IMG/VR virus record: IMGVR_UViG_3300038974_000417
Span: 1 to 64,000 of that record
DNA from: a virus
Taxonomy: Duplodnaviria > Caudoviricetes
DNA length: 64,000 bases
Direction: 5' to 3' (one strand)
This document shows positions 35,984 through 46,103 of the stretch, in pieces. How positions within the stretch are numbered: position 1 is the stretch's first letter; each line of letters begins with the position of its first letter. Position numbers and translations under genes: made by a program. The notes below the pieces were generated by a model. The model ran no database searches and was not told the origin of the DNA. It saw nothing but the letters and a program-made list of their open reading frames with translations.

Positions 35984-38578
35984 TTAACTGAATAATGCAA
36001 GTAGATTATTTGCATATGTTATATTAAAGTCTTGGATAGGCCATCCAATACAATCATATAATCGATCAACTGCGGGCCTAATAATCTTGTTAAACATTTT
36101 TACATAATCCGGTTTAATATTGAATTCCTCGGGTAGATTAGCTATATAACTTAAACACTTAATATCGTATTTATTAGCGTCACAATAAAACCATTTAATT
36201 TTATTTCCGGATGTAATAGATTCGTATTTATTATCTAATTTTAATATTTTAATTAAATTATTATAGTATATAGACCCCTTTACATGAGCGGGTGTACCTT
36301 TACCTATTCTAAACCCCTCACTACTATTTTCGTATTTACTGTAGTTATTAATACTAGATCTAAAGCAAATTTTATCTATATCTAAAGTTTTAAACTGTTC
36401 AAATATATCGTGATATATTTCATTTGTTTTGTTTATATCTCTAGTTTTAATTATAGTATTAATAACACTTCGTATAAGTACCTTTACTTCTTCAGATATT
36501 ACACTCCGAGCAATCTCAACCCCCACAAACTTTAATTTATCACATGGTATACCCTCATCATCTAATATATGAAGAATATAGCGTTTCTTTTGCTGAAATA
36601 TTCCTACATCGCATATCGCTTCTCTCTTAAATATAAATCTACTATTAATTGTGTTAAGTGTGCTTGTCGCCCAACTAGTAATATGGTTATTAAGATATTC
36701 ACCCAATTCGTTTATTATATCATGAGATTGTTGAGATATATCATTACCATCAAGTAATTTGATATTAAGTTTATCCAATATTGGTTTAATAGTAATATAA
36801 ACCGAATCTGTATCATTATATATAGTTAAATCGGTTGATATGTCGTATTTTTCTTTAGCAAATTGTCTTACTATTTCGCTTGATTGCTTTACAGTGGCTT
36901 GACCTGTGAGAGTAATACTACTAGCTGCATCGATATCATAGAATGGGCTATGTCTGTTCCCGAATGTACCGTATATACTATTCAGTAGAGTTTTGATAGC
37001 ACGTTGAGACATATCAAGTTTTAATATTTCTCGTTCTAATTGTATACGCTCGTTTATACTATCAGTATCTTTATTGTTTTCATTTTGATTCTTAGCCATT
37101 AATTTATTTAATTGAGCTAGTTGACGCTTTTTACTCTTCATATTCTTTTGAATGCCTACTCGCTCTTTATAGAGGTTTTCGATCATTTCTGGACAAAATC
37201 CCATAGTCTTTTGAGAATATAATACTTTGGCTTTGCTAATACTGAGTTGTTCTTTTTTAATGAATGCGGTTAGCTTCTCTGGGGATAGTGTGTATTTTTC
37301 ACCAGAAACTAGTTGGACTGTTATTCCATTGCTATTCTTGCTCAGTATTTTACCCACCTTGGTTTCTGGACTAATATTGAGAGTAATTATTGTGTTGGGA
37401 TATAGACTATTTGCATCAAAACTTACTACTGACTCTTTTATACCTCTGCTTGGGTCTTTTACAAATCCCCCGGCGTAGTCGGATTTAATACTATGCTTAA
37501 ACGTTGGTATTATTAATTTCTTCCTGCGAGCTTGTTGTGCCATTGCGCCTGTTACTATACTGATAGTACCAAGTGCTGCCTCAAAATTAGTCAGTCCTTT
37601 ATATGCAATAGCTCTAACAAAGTTGATAAATTGAAGTTTATCATCAAGTTTTACTACAATTGAAACATCTTGGATGTTATAGTTAACAAAGGTTTCCCAG
37701 TCGCTGTCAGCCAACTTACTTAAATCTGTAGCATTATATTTGATTTTACCTTCACCAAGCTCTAATTCACCTATGAAGTTTAAATTATAGCTTTCTCTAT
37801 CACCTCGAGAGAACTTTTTATATATATCTAAATAATCAATACAACTTACGCCGTTTATATACCATCTACCCATTTCCTTGCCGAAATCAGTTGGTATTCC
37901 TGGACGAAACCATATATTACCTACAGGGCTCAATTTAGAGGCTTCCTCTTCTCCAAGTAAAGCGGTTATTCGATTAATTATATATGGTATATCAAATCCG
38001 ATAATATTCCACCCAGTAACAATGTCGTATTCTTCTGCTTGCCAGTGAGTTATAAATGAATTAAGTAGGGATTGTTCGCTATCACATTTAATATATATCA
38101 CATCTGGATTTTTAGATATGTAGTTATTTTTTAATCCCCAAGAATAATACTTCTTTTTTATACTGTTATATATGGTGATAATATTAACTGGATGTTTTGC
38201 TTCTTCTGGTTTAGGAAATTCGTTAGCATATACTTCAATATCTATAAATCCGATCTTTAACTCATCTTTAGCAAAATCAGGAGAGTTATTTAAGTCGCTA
38301 TAGTGATCAATTAGAAATTGTTGATCTGGCGCTATATTATAAAATAATCGTGATATTCCACCTTCATTGGCAAACTTGCGACGTTCATATTGATTTGTAA
38401 ACTCTATCTTTTTAAGGTCTGTATTGTATATACTTTTTCCGTCTTTACCATTTCGAGATTCTACATATAGATATGGCTTAAATGGAATTTTTTCATATAT
38501 TCGATCTCCTGATTTATTCCATTTCCATAGATGAATAGCTCTCGCTCTACTATCATAATATACATGCCTATAACTCAT
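35984..38578 (-). CDS. gp43: family B DNA polymerase
   Basis: DIEV exonuclease, GWNIIGFD, DANSLYP, KTLLNSIYG, YNDTDS; uninterrupted. Confidence 0.97.
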   Translation of the reverse strand: MSYRHVYYDSRARAIHLWKWNKSGDRIYEKIPFKPYLYVESRNGKDGKSIYNTDLKKIEFTNQYERRKFANEGGISRLFYNIAPDQQFLIDHYSDLNNSPDFAKDELKIGFIDIEVYANEFPKPEEAKHPVNIITIYNSIKKKYYSWGLKNNYISKNPDVIYIKCDSEQSLLNSFITHWQAEEYDIVTGWNIIGFDIPYIINRITALLGEEEASKLSPVGNIWFRPGIPTDFGKEMGRWYINGVSCIDYLDIYKKFSRGDRESYNLNFIGELELGEGKIKYNATDLSKLADSDWETFVNYNIQDVSIVVKLDDKLQFINFVRAIAYKGLTNFEAALGTISIVTGAMAQQARRKKLIIPTFKHSIKSDYAGGFVKDPSRGIKESVVSFDANSLYPNTIITLNISPETKVGKILSKNSNGITVQLVSGEKYTLSPEKLTAFIKKEQLSISKAKVLYSQKTMGFCPEMIENLYKERVGIQKNMKSKKRQLAQLNKLMAKNQNENNKDTDSINERIQLEREILKLDMSQRAIKTLLNSIYGTFGNRHSPFYDIDAASSITLTGQATVKQSSEIVRQFAKEKYDISTDLTIYNDTDSVYITIKPILDKLNIKLLDGNDISQQSHDIINELGEYLNNHITSWATSTLNTINSRFIFKREAICDVGIFQQKKRYILHILDDEGIPCDKLKFVGVEIARSVISEEVKVLIRSVINTIIKTRDINKTNEIYHDIFEQFKTLDIDKICFRSSINNYSKYENSSEGFRIGKGTPAHVKGSIYYNNLIKILKLDNKYESITSGNKIKWFYCDANKYDIKCLSYIANLPEEFNIKPDYVKMFNKIIRPAVDRLYDCIGWPIQDFNITYANNLLALFS

Positions 38579-38613
38579 ATTATTATGGTATTATATAAAC
38601 AGTAAGAATTCAA

Positions 38614-39900
38614 TTATATAATTTCGGGATTTAATCTTTTTAGCGCTGGACGAGGTTCGTTAGCTGATTTAAAATACATTTCACAGTGTTCGTCTATTCT
38701 GTCTTCTAGCCACATGGAATCAGCGTATTTACGGACCTTTTTACACATGTTAATGTATTGACTCTGGTCTTTGAGTAGATACTCTATTTGAGATATCATT
38801 TCTTCTCCAGTTTTAAATTTGATGGGGCAGTCTTTGTATGTCACCATGTCTTGACATATTGCTGGAATTCCCAACATTGCAGGTTCGAGATATTTAATAT
38901 TACTTTTTGCTCTATTAAATTCACAATCTATTAATGGTGCGATTACACAGTTTACGTCTAAGTTATCTATACCAACTGGATATTCAAGAATGGGGCTCCA
39001 GTTTACATATTCCATTATACCTCTATCAATAAACGGTTTAACTTTAAGAGGAAAACCACCCATAAATACCCACTTAAACTTATTTCTAGTTGATATAATA
39101 TAATCTACTACGTGTGCAAAATCATCTATTTGATTCGTTTTGTTTTGAATGTCAAAATGAGTACCAGATCCACAATAACCTATTCTGGGTCGTTTTTTAT
39201 GAATATTATATCGTTTACCCAGTTTATTAATGTCATATAACCTATCTCCCCAATACCGAGGAGGGTAGTTAGGTATTACTCTAATATTACTGTTACCTGT
39301 TTTCTTGATATAATATTGTTTCATGTATTCGCATGTAACAGTGATTTCATCTGCAATATTCATCATTTCTAATACACTGGCTACTATTCGATCATCTAAA
39401 AATGCTTCCTTACATCTATTAAAGTCTGGAATATCATCTTTAAAAATAATATCATCTACTTCGTATACTACTTTACCTCCAGTATCATTCATTACCTTTT
39501 TAACACACTTAAAAAAATCAAGCTGCTGTGGTGTAGCTTGACGTTGAAACTTAACGCATTTTAGGCCGTTTTTGTAATAGTTAGCATCACCGATCATACT
39601 GGTCATTCCCATGATAACACCTTTTTGGTATCCGTTTATCACAGTTTCTGGCCAAATCATTCTCCAGAAGCCACATCCACCATAATCAGCATGGTAGTTT
39701 AAGGCCCTGGGTAGACCGTGACCCGGAAGAGGTATCGGGGGAGGAGTAAAGTTGTGAATTACAGGGATTATTTTGTTAATTACCGGTTGAGATCCAGGAA
39801 TACCTGGGACTGAGAGACCTAGGGTCGCCGGCTCATATCTGATGGATGGTTTATTATCAGATGTTATTTGACAATTATGTTGATTTTTAAATTTTAGCAT
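38614..39900 (-). CDS. GT-B glycosyltransferase upstream of DNA polymerase
   Basis: GCGFWRM, YEVDD, IGYCGSGTH, APLIDCEFNRAKSNIKYLE; ATG 39900 follows TTGATT-N17-TATAAT. Confidence 0.75.
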   Translation of the reverse strand: MLKFKNQHNCQITSDNKPSIRYEPATLGLSVPGIPGSQPVINKIIPVIHNFTPPPIPLPGHGLPRALNYHADYGGCGFWRMIWPETVINGYQKGVIMGMTSMIGDANYYKNGLKCVKFQRQATPQQLDFFKCVKKVMNDTGGKVVYEVDDIIFKDDIPDFNRCKEAFLDDRIVASVLEMMNIADEITVTCEYMKQYYIKKTGNSNIRVIPNYPPRYWGDRLYDINKLGKRYNIHKKRPRIGYCGSGTHFDIQNKTNQIDDFAHVVDYIISTRNKFKWVFMGGFPLKVKPFIDRGIMEYVNWSPILEYPVGIDNLDVNCVIAPLIDCEFNRAKSNIKYLEPAMLGIPAICQDMVTYKDCPIKFKTGEEMISQIEYLLKDQSQYINMCKKVRKYADSMWLEDRIDEHCEMYFKSANEPRPALKRLNPEII

Positions 39901-39941
39901 GTATATTATTATATATATTAATTTGTTAAAAATCAACGGCT

Positions 39942-41738
39942 ATGAAGAAGATAATTTTTAAGAACATAAGAGTGTGTAATTTTTTATCTATTGGATCTAG
40001 AGAGATTAAATTAGATTTTACTCCTGGTATAAATTTAATAACTGGTATAAATTTAGATAAAGAAGATACTGGAAACGGGAGTGGTAAATCAAGCTTAGTC
40101 AATTCTATATATTTTGCTTTATATGGCAGAACTTTGAAGGATTTAAAGGTAGATAAAATTCCTAATAGTTTTACTAGAGGACCATGTCGGGTGACTCTGG
40201 ATTTTGATGTATGTCATAATAATAATTTTACTTCTTATTCGGTTATTAGATCTCTCCGCCCTACTAAATTAAAAATATTAAGGGATGGGGAGGATATTAC
40301 TAAGAGTACTATTATTCAGACTACCGAGTTATTGCAGGATATTATTAGTTGCTCTAGTACGGTTTTTGAAAATAGTATAGTAATGGATGCTAATAGTGCT
40401 ACCAATTTTATGTCCCAGAAGAAGGTAGAAAAGCGTAAATTCTTAGAGGGTATTTTAAATCTTACAATATTTGGTGAGATGTTGAGTATTGCTCGAGCTG
40501 ATTATAATGATGCACGATATCAGTTTGATATAGAAAACGCAAAGCTTCAGTCTGAGGTTTCAGCTCTTGATAATTATAGGAAACAATTAGACAGACAGAA
40601 GAGCGTAAGGGACGAGAGACGTGAGGAATTACAGGGTAGAATTAATGAGATATCTAAGGAGATGGAGTCTTTAAGTAGTAACATTAAAAGCATTCCATCT
40701 GATGAAGAGTTGGGGGTTATAAAATCTAAATGTAGTAAATTGGATGATGCTCTGTCTACCAATCGATTAAATTATAAGAAGTTAATCAAGTTGGAGGCTG
40801 AGGTGAATCAGTCCAAGAAGCATTTGATGGAGAGGCTTGATAAGTTAATTAATTTACCTAATGAGTGTGTGGAGTGTGGTCGTTCATTTTCTGACGAGGA
40901 TCGAAGGGTGGTGGGGGATGAGTGCGCGAAGATGAGGGTTGATATATCGGATATCACTAATAAAATTTCGGACGTTAGGAATCAAATTGGTGTAATTGAG
41001 GATCAATATAAAAAAATAGAACAGGGTAAGTTGTTATTATCTCAAAAGCAGAATAATATTAAGGCCTCTGAGAAGCATAATGAAACCGTTAATTGGCGAA
41101 TTATGCAATTATCTAAAACTCTTGATACTTTGCATAAGGATTTGATTGCAGTTGATAGGGACGATTCTGGGTTGACGGATACTATATCTAGTATATCTAA
41201 AAAGGTAGATGGTATACGGGAGACGGTCAACCGGTTGAATGTTAAGATGGATATATTAAAATCTTCTAAATTTATTTTATCAGAAGAGGGTATTCGTAGC
41301 TTTATAGTTAAGAGAATTTTACGAATACTTAATAGTAAGTTGAATATGTATTTAGCCAAGTTAGATGCTAATACTAGATGTGAATTTAATGAATACTTTG
41401 AGGAGTCTCTTTGGGATATATCTGGTAATGAGAGAAGTTATTATAATTTTAGCAATGGGGAACAGCGCCGAATAGACTTGGCTATTCTTTTTGCATTTCA
41501 AGATATTCGTCGTTTACAGGCTGATGTGGATATGAATATTAGTATATATGACGAACTGTTGGATAGTAGTTTGGATAGGAGGGGGTCAGAGCTGGTGATT
41601 GCTTTGTTAAAAGAGCGGGCTGATAAAAATAAGGAGTGTGTATATATAGTTAGTCATCGTAAGGAAGCTCAATCTAGTTATACTAATAAAGTTGTTACGT
41701 TACAGAAGAAGAATGGTATAACTACTCTGGTAGACTAG
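39942..41738 (+). CDS. gp46: Rad50/SbcC-like recombination ATPase
   Basis: GNGSGKS, coiled coils with CVEC hook, FSNGE signature, IYDELLDSSLD, SH. Confidence 0.95.
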   Translation: MKKIIFKNIRVCNFLSIGSREIKLDFTPGINLITGINLDKEDTGNGSGKSSLVNSIYFALYGRTLKDLKVDKIPNSFTRGPCRVTLDFDVCHNNNFTSYSVIRSLRPTKLKILRDGEDITKSTIIQTTELLQDIISCSSTVFENSIVMDANSATNFMSQKKVEKRKFLEGILNLTIFGEMLSIARADYNDARYQFDIENAKLQSEVSALDNYRKQLDRQKSVRDERREELQGRINEISKEMESLSSNIKSIPSDEELGVIKSKCSKLDDALSTNRLNYKKLIKLEAEVNQSKKHLMERLDKLINLPNECVECGRSFSDEDRRVVGDECAKMRVDISDITNKISDVRNQIGVIEDQYKKIEQGKLLLSQKQNNIKASEKHNETVNWRIMQLSKTLDTLHKDLIAVDRDDSGLTDTISSISKKVDGIRETVNRLNVKMDILKSSKFILSEEGIRSFIVKRILRILNSKLNMYLAKLDANTRCEFNEYFEESLWDISGNERSYYNFSNGEQRRIDLAILFAFQDIRRLQADVDMNISIYDELLDSSLDRRGSELVIALLKERADKNKECVYIVSHRKEAQSSYTNKVVTLQKKNGITTLVD

Positions 41739-42217
41739 AGATTGCCCAAAAAATCTTTAAAGCTGTCGAATGTTTTAGATGAAGTATTTTTAATAGCTTC
41801 ATATTCATTTGACTTTTTAATAAATGCACTATTTGCTTCATGTTCACCCATTTTTTTACCTATTTGAGTGGGTAACCATTCATTCAATCTATGTTGTAGT
41901 TCTTCTAATATAACCGACTTATTGTTTCTTGCAAAAGAAAACCATGATGCTTCAGCACATGGATGAATTTTGCCAGCTTTATTGTTTATATTAAATTAAT
42001 TTGCTAAAAAGCAAGAAAATTTAGCTGGTTAGCATAAATAATTATAGGTATAAACAACATATATCTTTCGGTATATGGATGAGGTGAAAGCCTAGAAGAT
42101 ATAAAACCAAACGTTTTGGTACCCTGAAGAGGTTAATCTGTGGCAGTGAATCCACCTTGAGCGCCTTAAAGCTCTAAACTGAAGCCAGTGCGCTTTAGCC
42201 ACTGGTTGTTCACTCAT
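41735..42217 (-). pseudogene. 63-aa gene interrupted after its 4th base by element B
   Basis: removing 41923-42213 gives AAGGAG-N10-ATG AAT AAG TCG GTT..., MNKSVILEELQHRLNEWL...DFLGNL*. Confidence 0.75.
41923..42213 (+). mobile_element. non-autonomous IS200/IS605-type element, copy B (291 bp)
   Basis: TTAT 41919-22; AAAA 41938-41; hairpin 41942-62; GAAG 42181-84; hairpin 42185-205; ends TTCAC; identical to copy A. Confidence 0.85.
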
Positions 42218-42230
42218 TGTATTAATACTC
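42045..42230 (+). ncRNA. putative TnpB-type omegaRNA scaffold plus flank-derived guide; ends approximate
   Basis: UUCG- and GAAA-capped hairpins then RE hairpin; CATAAATA at 42033-42040; function inferred from IS200/IS605 biology. Confidence 0.45.
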
Positions 42231-42273
42231 CTTGTACGGCCTTTTATTATATTTATATATTCTAAATATTTGA

Positions 42274-42561
42274 ATGAAGAGGAAGTATAGGAGATTGCTT
42301 AATCGATCTGGATTAGAGAAATGTGAGATATGTGGTAGAGAGGGAATTTTAGTACAGCATCATATCCGTGGTAGGAATATCCCTAATGCCAATCATCCGA
42401 GCAATTTAGCTAACATATGTCCCAACTGTCATGCTGATATACATAATGGTATTATTATATTAGAAGACTGGGTGATGACCACCGGTGGATATGAATTATT
42501 ATATCATCATTACAAAGAACCTAGTTTAACTGGTAATGATGCTAAGCCTTGGTTAATTTAA
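42274..42561 (+). CDS. small HNH endonuclease
   Basis: CEIC..HHI..N...CPNCHADIH. Confidence 0.85.
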   Translation: MKRKYRRLLNRSGLEKCEICGREGILVQHHIRGRNIPNANHPSNLANICPNCHADIHNGIIILEDWVMTTGGYELLYHHYKEPSLTGNDAKPWLI

Positions 42562-43539
42562 GTTGGTTATATCTATTGAATGTCTTATAGCTTGCCACAT
42601 ATCAAGGTATTTATATGTAGCTAGTCTCCCGGTGAATATAACATTTTTTTCATCTTTAGCAAGATTAGCATATTTTTGATATATTTCTTTACCTGAGCCA
42701 AACGGTATTGGATAGAAGGGTATATTATTGTTATCATGTTCAATGGGATATTCTTCAGTAATAATAGTGCTGCCGGAGTGATTATAGGTGAAATAGCTAT
42801 GATCGTATACTCTAGTATATGGAATATTTTTTATATTTTGATTTATTATAAATGTATTCATTTTTTCTTTATTTTGTTTATGTTTAAAATTTAGTGATCT
42901 ATAGGGTAATCTACCGTACTGAAGGTTAAAGTATTCATCTATTTTACCGGTATATACTAATAAGTCACATTTTACATTTTTCCACTCGTTATTATCAACG
43001 CATAGGTTGTATTTAATACCGTCTAACATATTAGTCATCATATTAGTATAGCCGTATTTAGGTATACATTGATACTTTTGACCTTCAAACCAGGTGGGAT
43101 CTTCATGTTTTGCTACTTTAGGTATTCTGTTAATAATTTCTGTGGGTATTTGATTAAATTTTACTCCCCATTGTTTTTCTGAATATCCCACAAATATATA
43201 TTTTAAAATTTCATCTTCTGATAATTCCCTACCAATTTCCTTTATAGTTTTTTTACTATATGGAAGCGACAGTAGTCCCAGTTTAGTATTACCCTTCGGC
43301 TTAAGTTGAAATGGGATCCACTCAGTATATCTACTAAGTAGTAAATATACCTCTTCATCATCAGTGTGAAATATATGTGGGCCATATAGATGAACTAAAG
43401 TATTCTTTATTTTTTCATCATAACAATTACCACCTATATGTGATCTATTTTCAAAAATTTCTATATTATGTCCTTGTTCTTTAAGTTTTATAGCACATAC
43501 AATACCCGATAAGCCGCAGCCAATAATATTAATTTTCAT
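42553..43539 (-). CDS. glf: UDP-galactopyranose mutase
   Basis: IIGCGLSG FAD motif, HIGGNCYD, YGPHIFHT, GRLATYKYLDM. Confidence 0.93.
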   Translation of the reverse strand: MKINIIGCGLSGIVCAIKLKEQGHNIEIFENRSHIGGNCYDEKIKNTLVHLYGPHIFHTDDEEVYLLLSRYTEWIPFQLKPKGNTKLGLLSLPYSKKTIKEIGRELSEDEILKYIFVGYSEKQWGVKFNQIPTEIINRIPKVAKHEDPTWFEGQKYQCIPKYGYTNMMTNMLDGIKYNLCVDNNEWKNVKCDLLVYTGKIDEYFNLQYGRLPYRSLNFKHKQNKEKMNTFIINQNIKNIPYTRVYDHSYFTYNHSGSTIITEEYPIEHDNNNIPFYPIPFGSGKEIYQKYANLAKDEKNVIFTGRLATYKYLDMWQAIRHSIDITNLN

Positions 43540-44354
43540 ATCGTTTGTATTAACCGATTTATTTCAACCAAAGCACTGTCGCGTGATAAGCATATGTTGT
43601 CTAATTTTCTTTGGTTATGAATGATATATTTTTGTAGTTCTTTATCTTTTTCGATTCTTTCATAGTTAATTAATAAATCAGAAAGATCGCGCTTTACTGG
43701 TATGAAGTTTTCCCATGGTTTAAGGTACCTATAAAACCATTCATACCACGGACGCGATACTATAAATACAATGCGTTTTGATGACAGTAGATATTTAAGT
43801 CTACCTGAATAACCGACACCTTCTACGTCTATTAAATATTTCCATTTTTTTATCTGTTCTTCGTAATTCAAGTATTGTCCACCTATAATACAATCTGTGT
43901 TAATTCTGTCCCAGATGTTAGATCTTATATCAAGTGTATCTGTATTAGATTGTCCTAATTTATATAATGTCTTTCGAGTTGTAATACTATCTGTACCTGC
44001 CCCAATCCACCCTATCTTATTAGTCTCGGGAGTTACGTCGATTTTATTAATTAATGAGCGAACGTCTTCATAGTCCTTATATCCCACATGGCGATAGCAG
44101 TCATAGTTAAAGTCAGGGAATGTTTCGTTAAAATTTTGAGTAGTAGTTGAATATTTGAAGGTTTTAGCGCTACCTATATCATATGGTGAGTCATCTACAT
44201 TAACGATAAATTCAATTTGTTTTCTAATTTTAAATTTGTCAATGGTGCTTCTTATGAGTTTAATAGTACTTAAGCATCTGTCTTCATATCCATTTTCAAT
44301 AAAGTAGCGCTGGTTGCTATTATTTAGCATGCATTTTACATACTGTATATTCAT
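43536..44354 (-). CDS. glycosyltransferase, GT90/CAP10-like
   Basis: KYLIDVEGVGYSGRLKYLL, WFYRYLKPWENFIPVKRDLSDL. Confidence 0.85.
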   Translation of the reverse strand: MNIQYVKCMLNNSNQRYFIENGYEDRCLSTIKLIRSTIDKFKIRKQIEFIVNVDDSPYDIGSAKTFKYSTTTQNFNETFPDFNYDCYRHVGYKDYEDVRSLINKIDVTPETNKIGWIGAGTDSITTRKTLYKLGQSNTDTLDIRSNIWDRINTDCIIGGQYLNYEEQIKKWKYLIDVEGVGYSGRLKYLLSSKRIVFIVSRPWYEWFYRYLKPWENFIPVKRDLSDLLINYERIEKDKELQKYIIHNQRKLDNICLSRDSALVEINRLIQTI

Positions 44355-44369
44355 ATTATTGTACTTTCA

Positions 44370-45323
44370 TTATGTATTAATTGATTCAATCAATTGTATA
44401 TATCTATCAACCACCACGTTCCAGTCAAATTTACTAAGTACGTATTCCCTGATTTTGTCGCGCATATTAATAGAAATTCGTTTATTCTCGTCTATTACAT
44501 TTCTGATATATTGTTTGTCTGATATTTTATTTTCAGGTATTACTGCAATAAATGGTTGATCTACGTCTAAGTTTTGGCATGCGTATTCCGATAGCACTAA
44601 TCCTAGACCTGCACACATGGCTTCCATGCAAACTAGCGGATGTCCCTCACCGTCGCTTAGTAGTACTAAATTTGCATAATCCGTCAGCTTAGTATAAATC
44701 TCTTCCTTAAATAGCGTACCTTTGTAGTATTGTAAAAATCTATCCATCGTAGAGTCTTTTCGGACGCCATAGAAATCTATGTCCTGTGATATATCTTCAA
44801 GTATATATTGTCTTTTGCGAAACTCAACTGATGCTAAATATATTGATTTATTGGAATTACAAGTGCTGGAATATTTAATTTTTTCCTTATTGACTCCATT
44901 ATATGATAGGAAGAGTCTTTTTTCATCAAAACCTGCGTCTCTATATACTTTCATTGCTTCTGGAGATAGACAAAATATATTACCTGAATACGAAAGAAAT
45001 TTTTGAAATATATATGGATACGGTCTGAATACCGGGTGATATTTTGGTCGATCTAGATATCCATAGTGAGATGTGACAGCCTGTTTTTTGCAGTTTATAT
45101 ATTTCATTACATCGATATGTTGATCGTGATGCAGGTGTACGAAATCCGGTGAAAACTCGTTTACATTTTTTACTATAGTACTAAAATCTTTTGTATTAGT
45201 AATCAATACCTTGTGACCCTTGTTTTTTAGAGTGTTAGCTACGTCCCATATTAATATTTCCGTTGCTCCCCAGCCTCTGGGTGGTATTTCTATTTCCCCT
45301 GGTCCTATTAGTGCTATTTTCAT
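44370..45323 (-). CDS. glycosyltransferase, GT4-like
   Basis: IPPRGWGATE, EGHPLVCMEAMCAG. Confidence 0.85.
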   Translation of the reverse strand: MKIALIGPGEIEIPPRGWGATEILIWDVANTLKNKGHKVLITNTKDFSTIVKNVNEFSPDFVHLHHDQHIDVMKYINCKKQAVTSHYGYLDRPKYHPVFRPYPYIFQKFLSYSGNIFCLSPEAMKVYRDAGFDEKRLFLSYNGVNKEKIKYSSTCNSNKSIYLASVEFRKRQYILEDISQDIDFYGVRKDSTMDRFLQYYKGTLFKEEIYTKLTDYANLVLLSDGEGHPLVCMEAMCAGLGLVLSEYACQNLDVDQPFIAVIPENKISDKQYIRNVIDENKRISINMRDKIREYVLSKFDWNVVVDRYIQLIESINT

Positions 45324-46087
45324 TGTTTTAATAAATCCCTATCAAATGGTATGTTATAATAATCCTTGACATAGTGCATTAACGACTCTCCGTTAAATTC
45401 GTGATCTGGGTCTGGCGCTCTTCTGGTTTTTTCGCTATGATTAAGCGATGGACCGTAGTTGAGACCTATCATTAAAAAAGTTGATGTTAAAAAGCAATCG
45501 GTATAACAAAATCTATTTTCTATATTTTTCATAATATATTCATAGTCATAATTTCTGAAGAAATTATCTATTGCCTTGACTAGAGACGATTTCTTTAAAA
45601 TAGTACCCCCACACCCACCGTATCCCACATCACTTACGGATATATTATTTTTTGCTTTTATATATTTTGCCATAGAGTATAATCCTCCTCGCATACCGTG
45701 AGGCCCGGCAATATCAGTACTCCATCTCTTATATATAGGTCCTCTTAATATTAAATCGTCCTCAGCGAAAAGTATAATCTCTGTAGATGTTAATCTGCAG
45801 GTAGTCTTTAATCTTGCACAAAATGATACATAGTTATCATAGTTCAATAATAGAGGAGACGTATCTCCGGGTCTCATACTAAATGTGGATTTAATATGAT
45901 GTATATATGTTATATTTTTAAAATATTCAACTAAATCATTATAGTCATCACCATTGTCAGAATGGAGAAATATCTGTACCTTTGGATAGTATAATCTTAT
46001 TGATTCAATACATTTAAAGGTGGCGTATTTTTGCTTATAACAATTTAAAAATACACAGAACTCGTTATCTTGTAATATTTCTGTCAT
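45320..46087 (-). CDS. GT-A glycosyltransferase
   Basis: FLHSDNG, FAEDD, YGGCGG. Confidence 0.65.
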   Translation of the reverse strand: MTEILQDNEFCVFLNCYKQKYATFKCIESIRLYYPKVQIFLHSDNGDDYNDLVEYFKNITYIHHIKSTFSMRPGDTSPLLLNYDNYVSFCARLKTTCRLTSTEIILFAEDDLILRGPIYKRWSTDIAGPHGMRGGLYSMAKYIKAKNNISVSDVGYGGCGGTILKKSSLVKAIDNFFRNYDYEYIMKNIENRFCYTDCFLTSTFLMIGLNYGPSLNHSEKTRRAPDPDHEFNGESLMHYVKDYYNIPFDRDLLKQ

Positions 46088-46103
46088 AAATTATCCTCTA
46101 TAT

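Noticed and set aside
36760-36830. YNDTDS in place of YGDTDS in the polymerase as an adaptation to modified bases
   Set aside because: catalytic DTDS is intact and variation at this position alone supports no functional claim
42274-42561. HNH gene next to copy B as the RNA-guided effector (IscB-like)
   Set aside because: 95 aa, no RuvC, bridge helix or PLMP motif; lies outside the element ends
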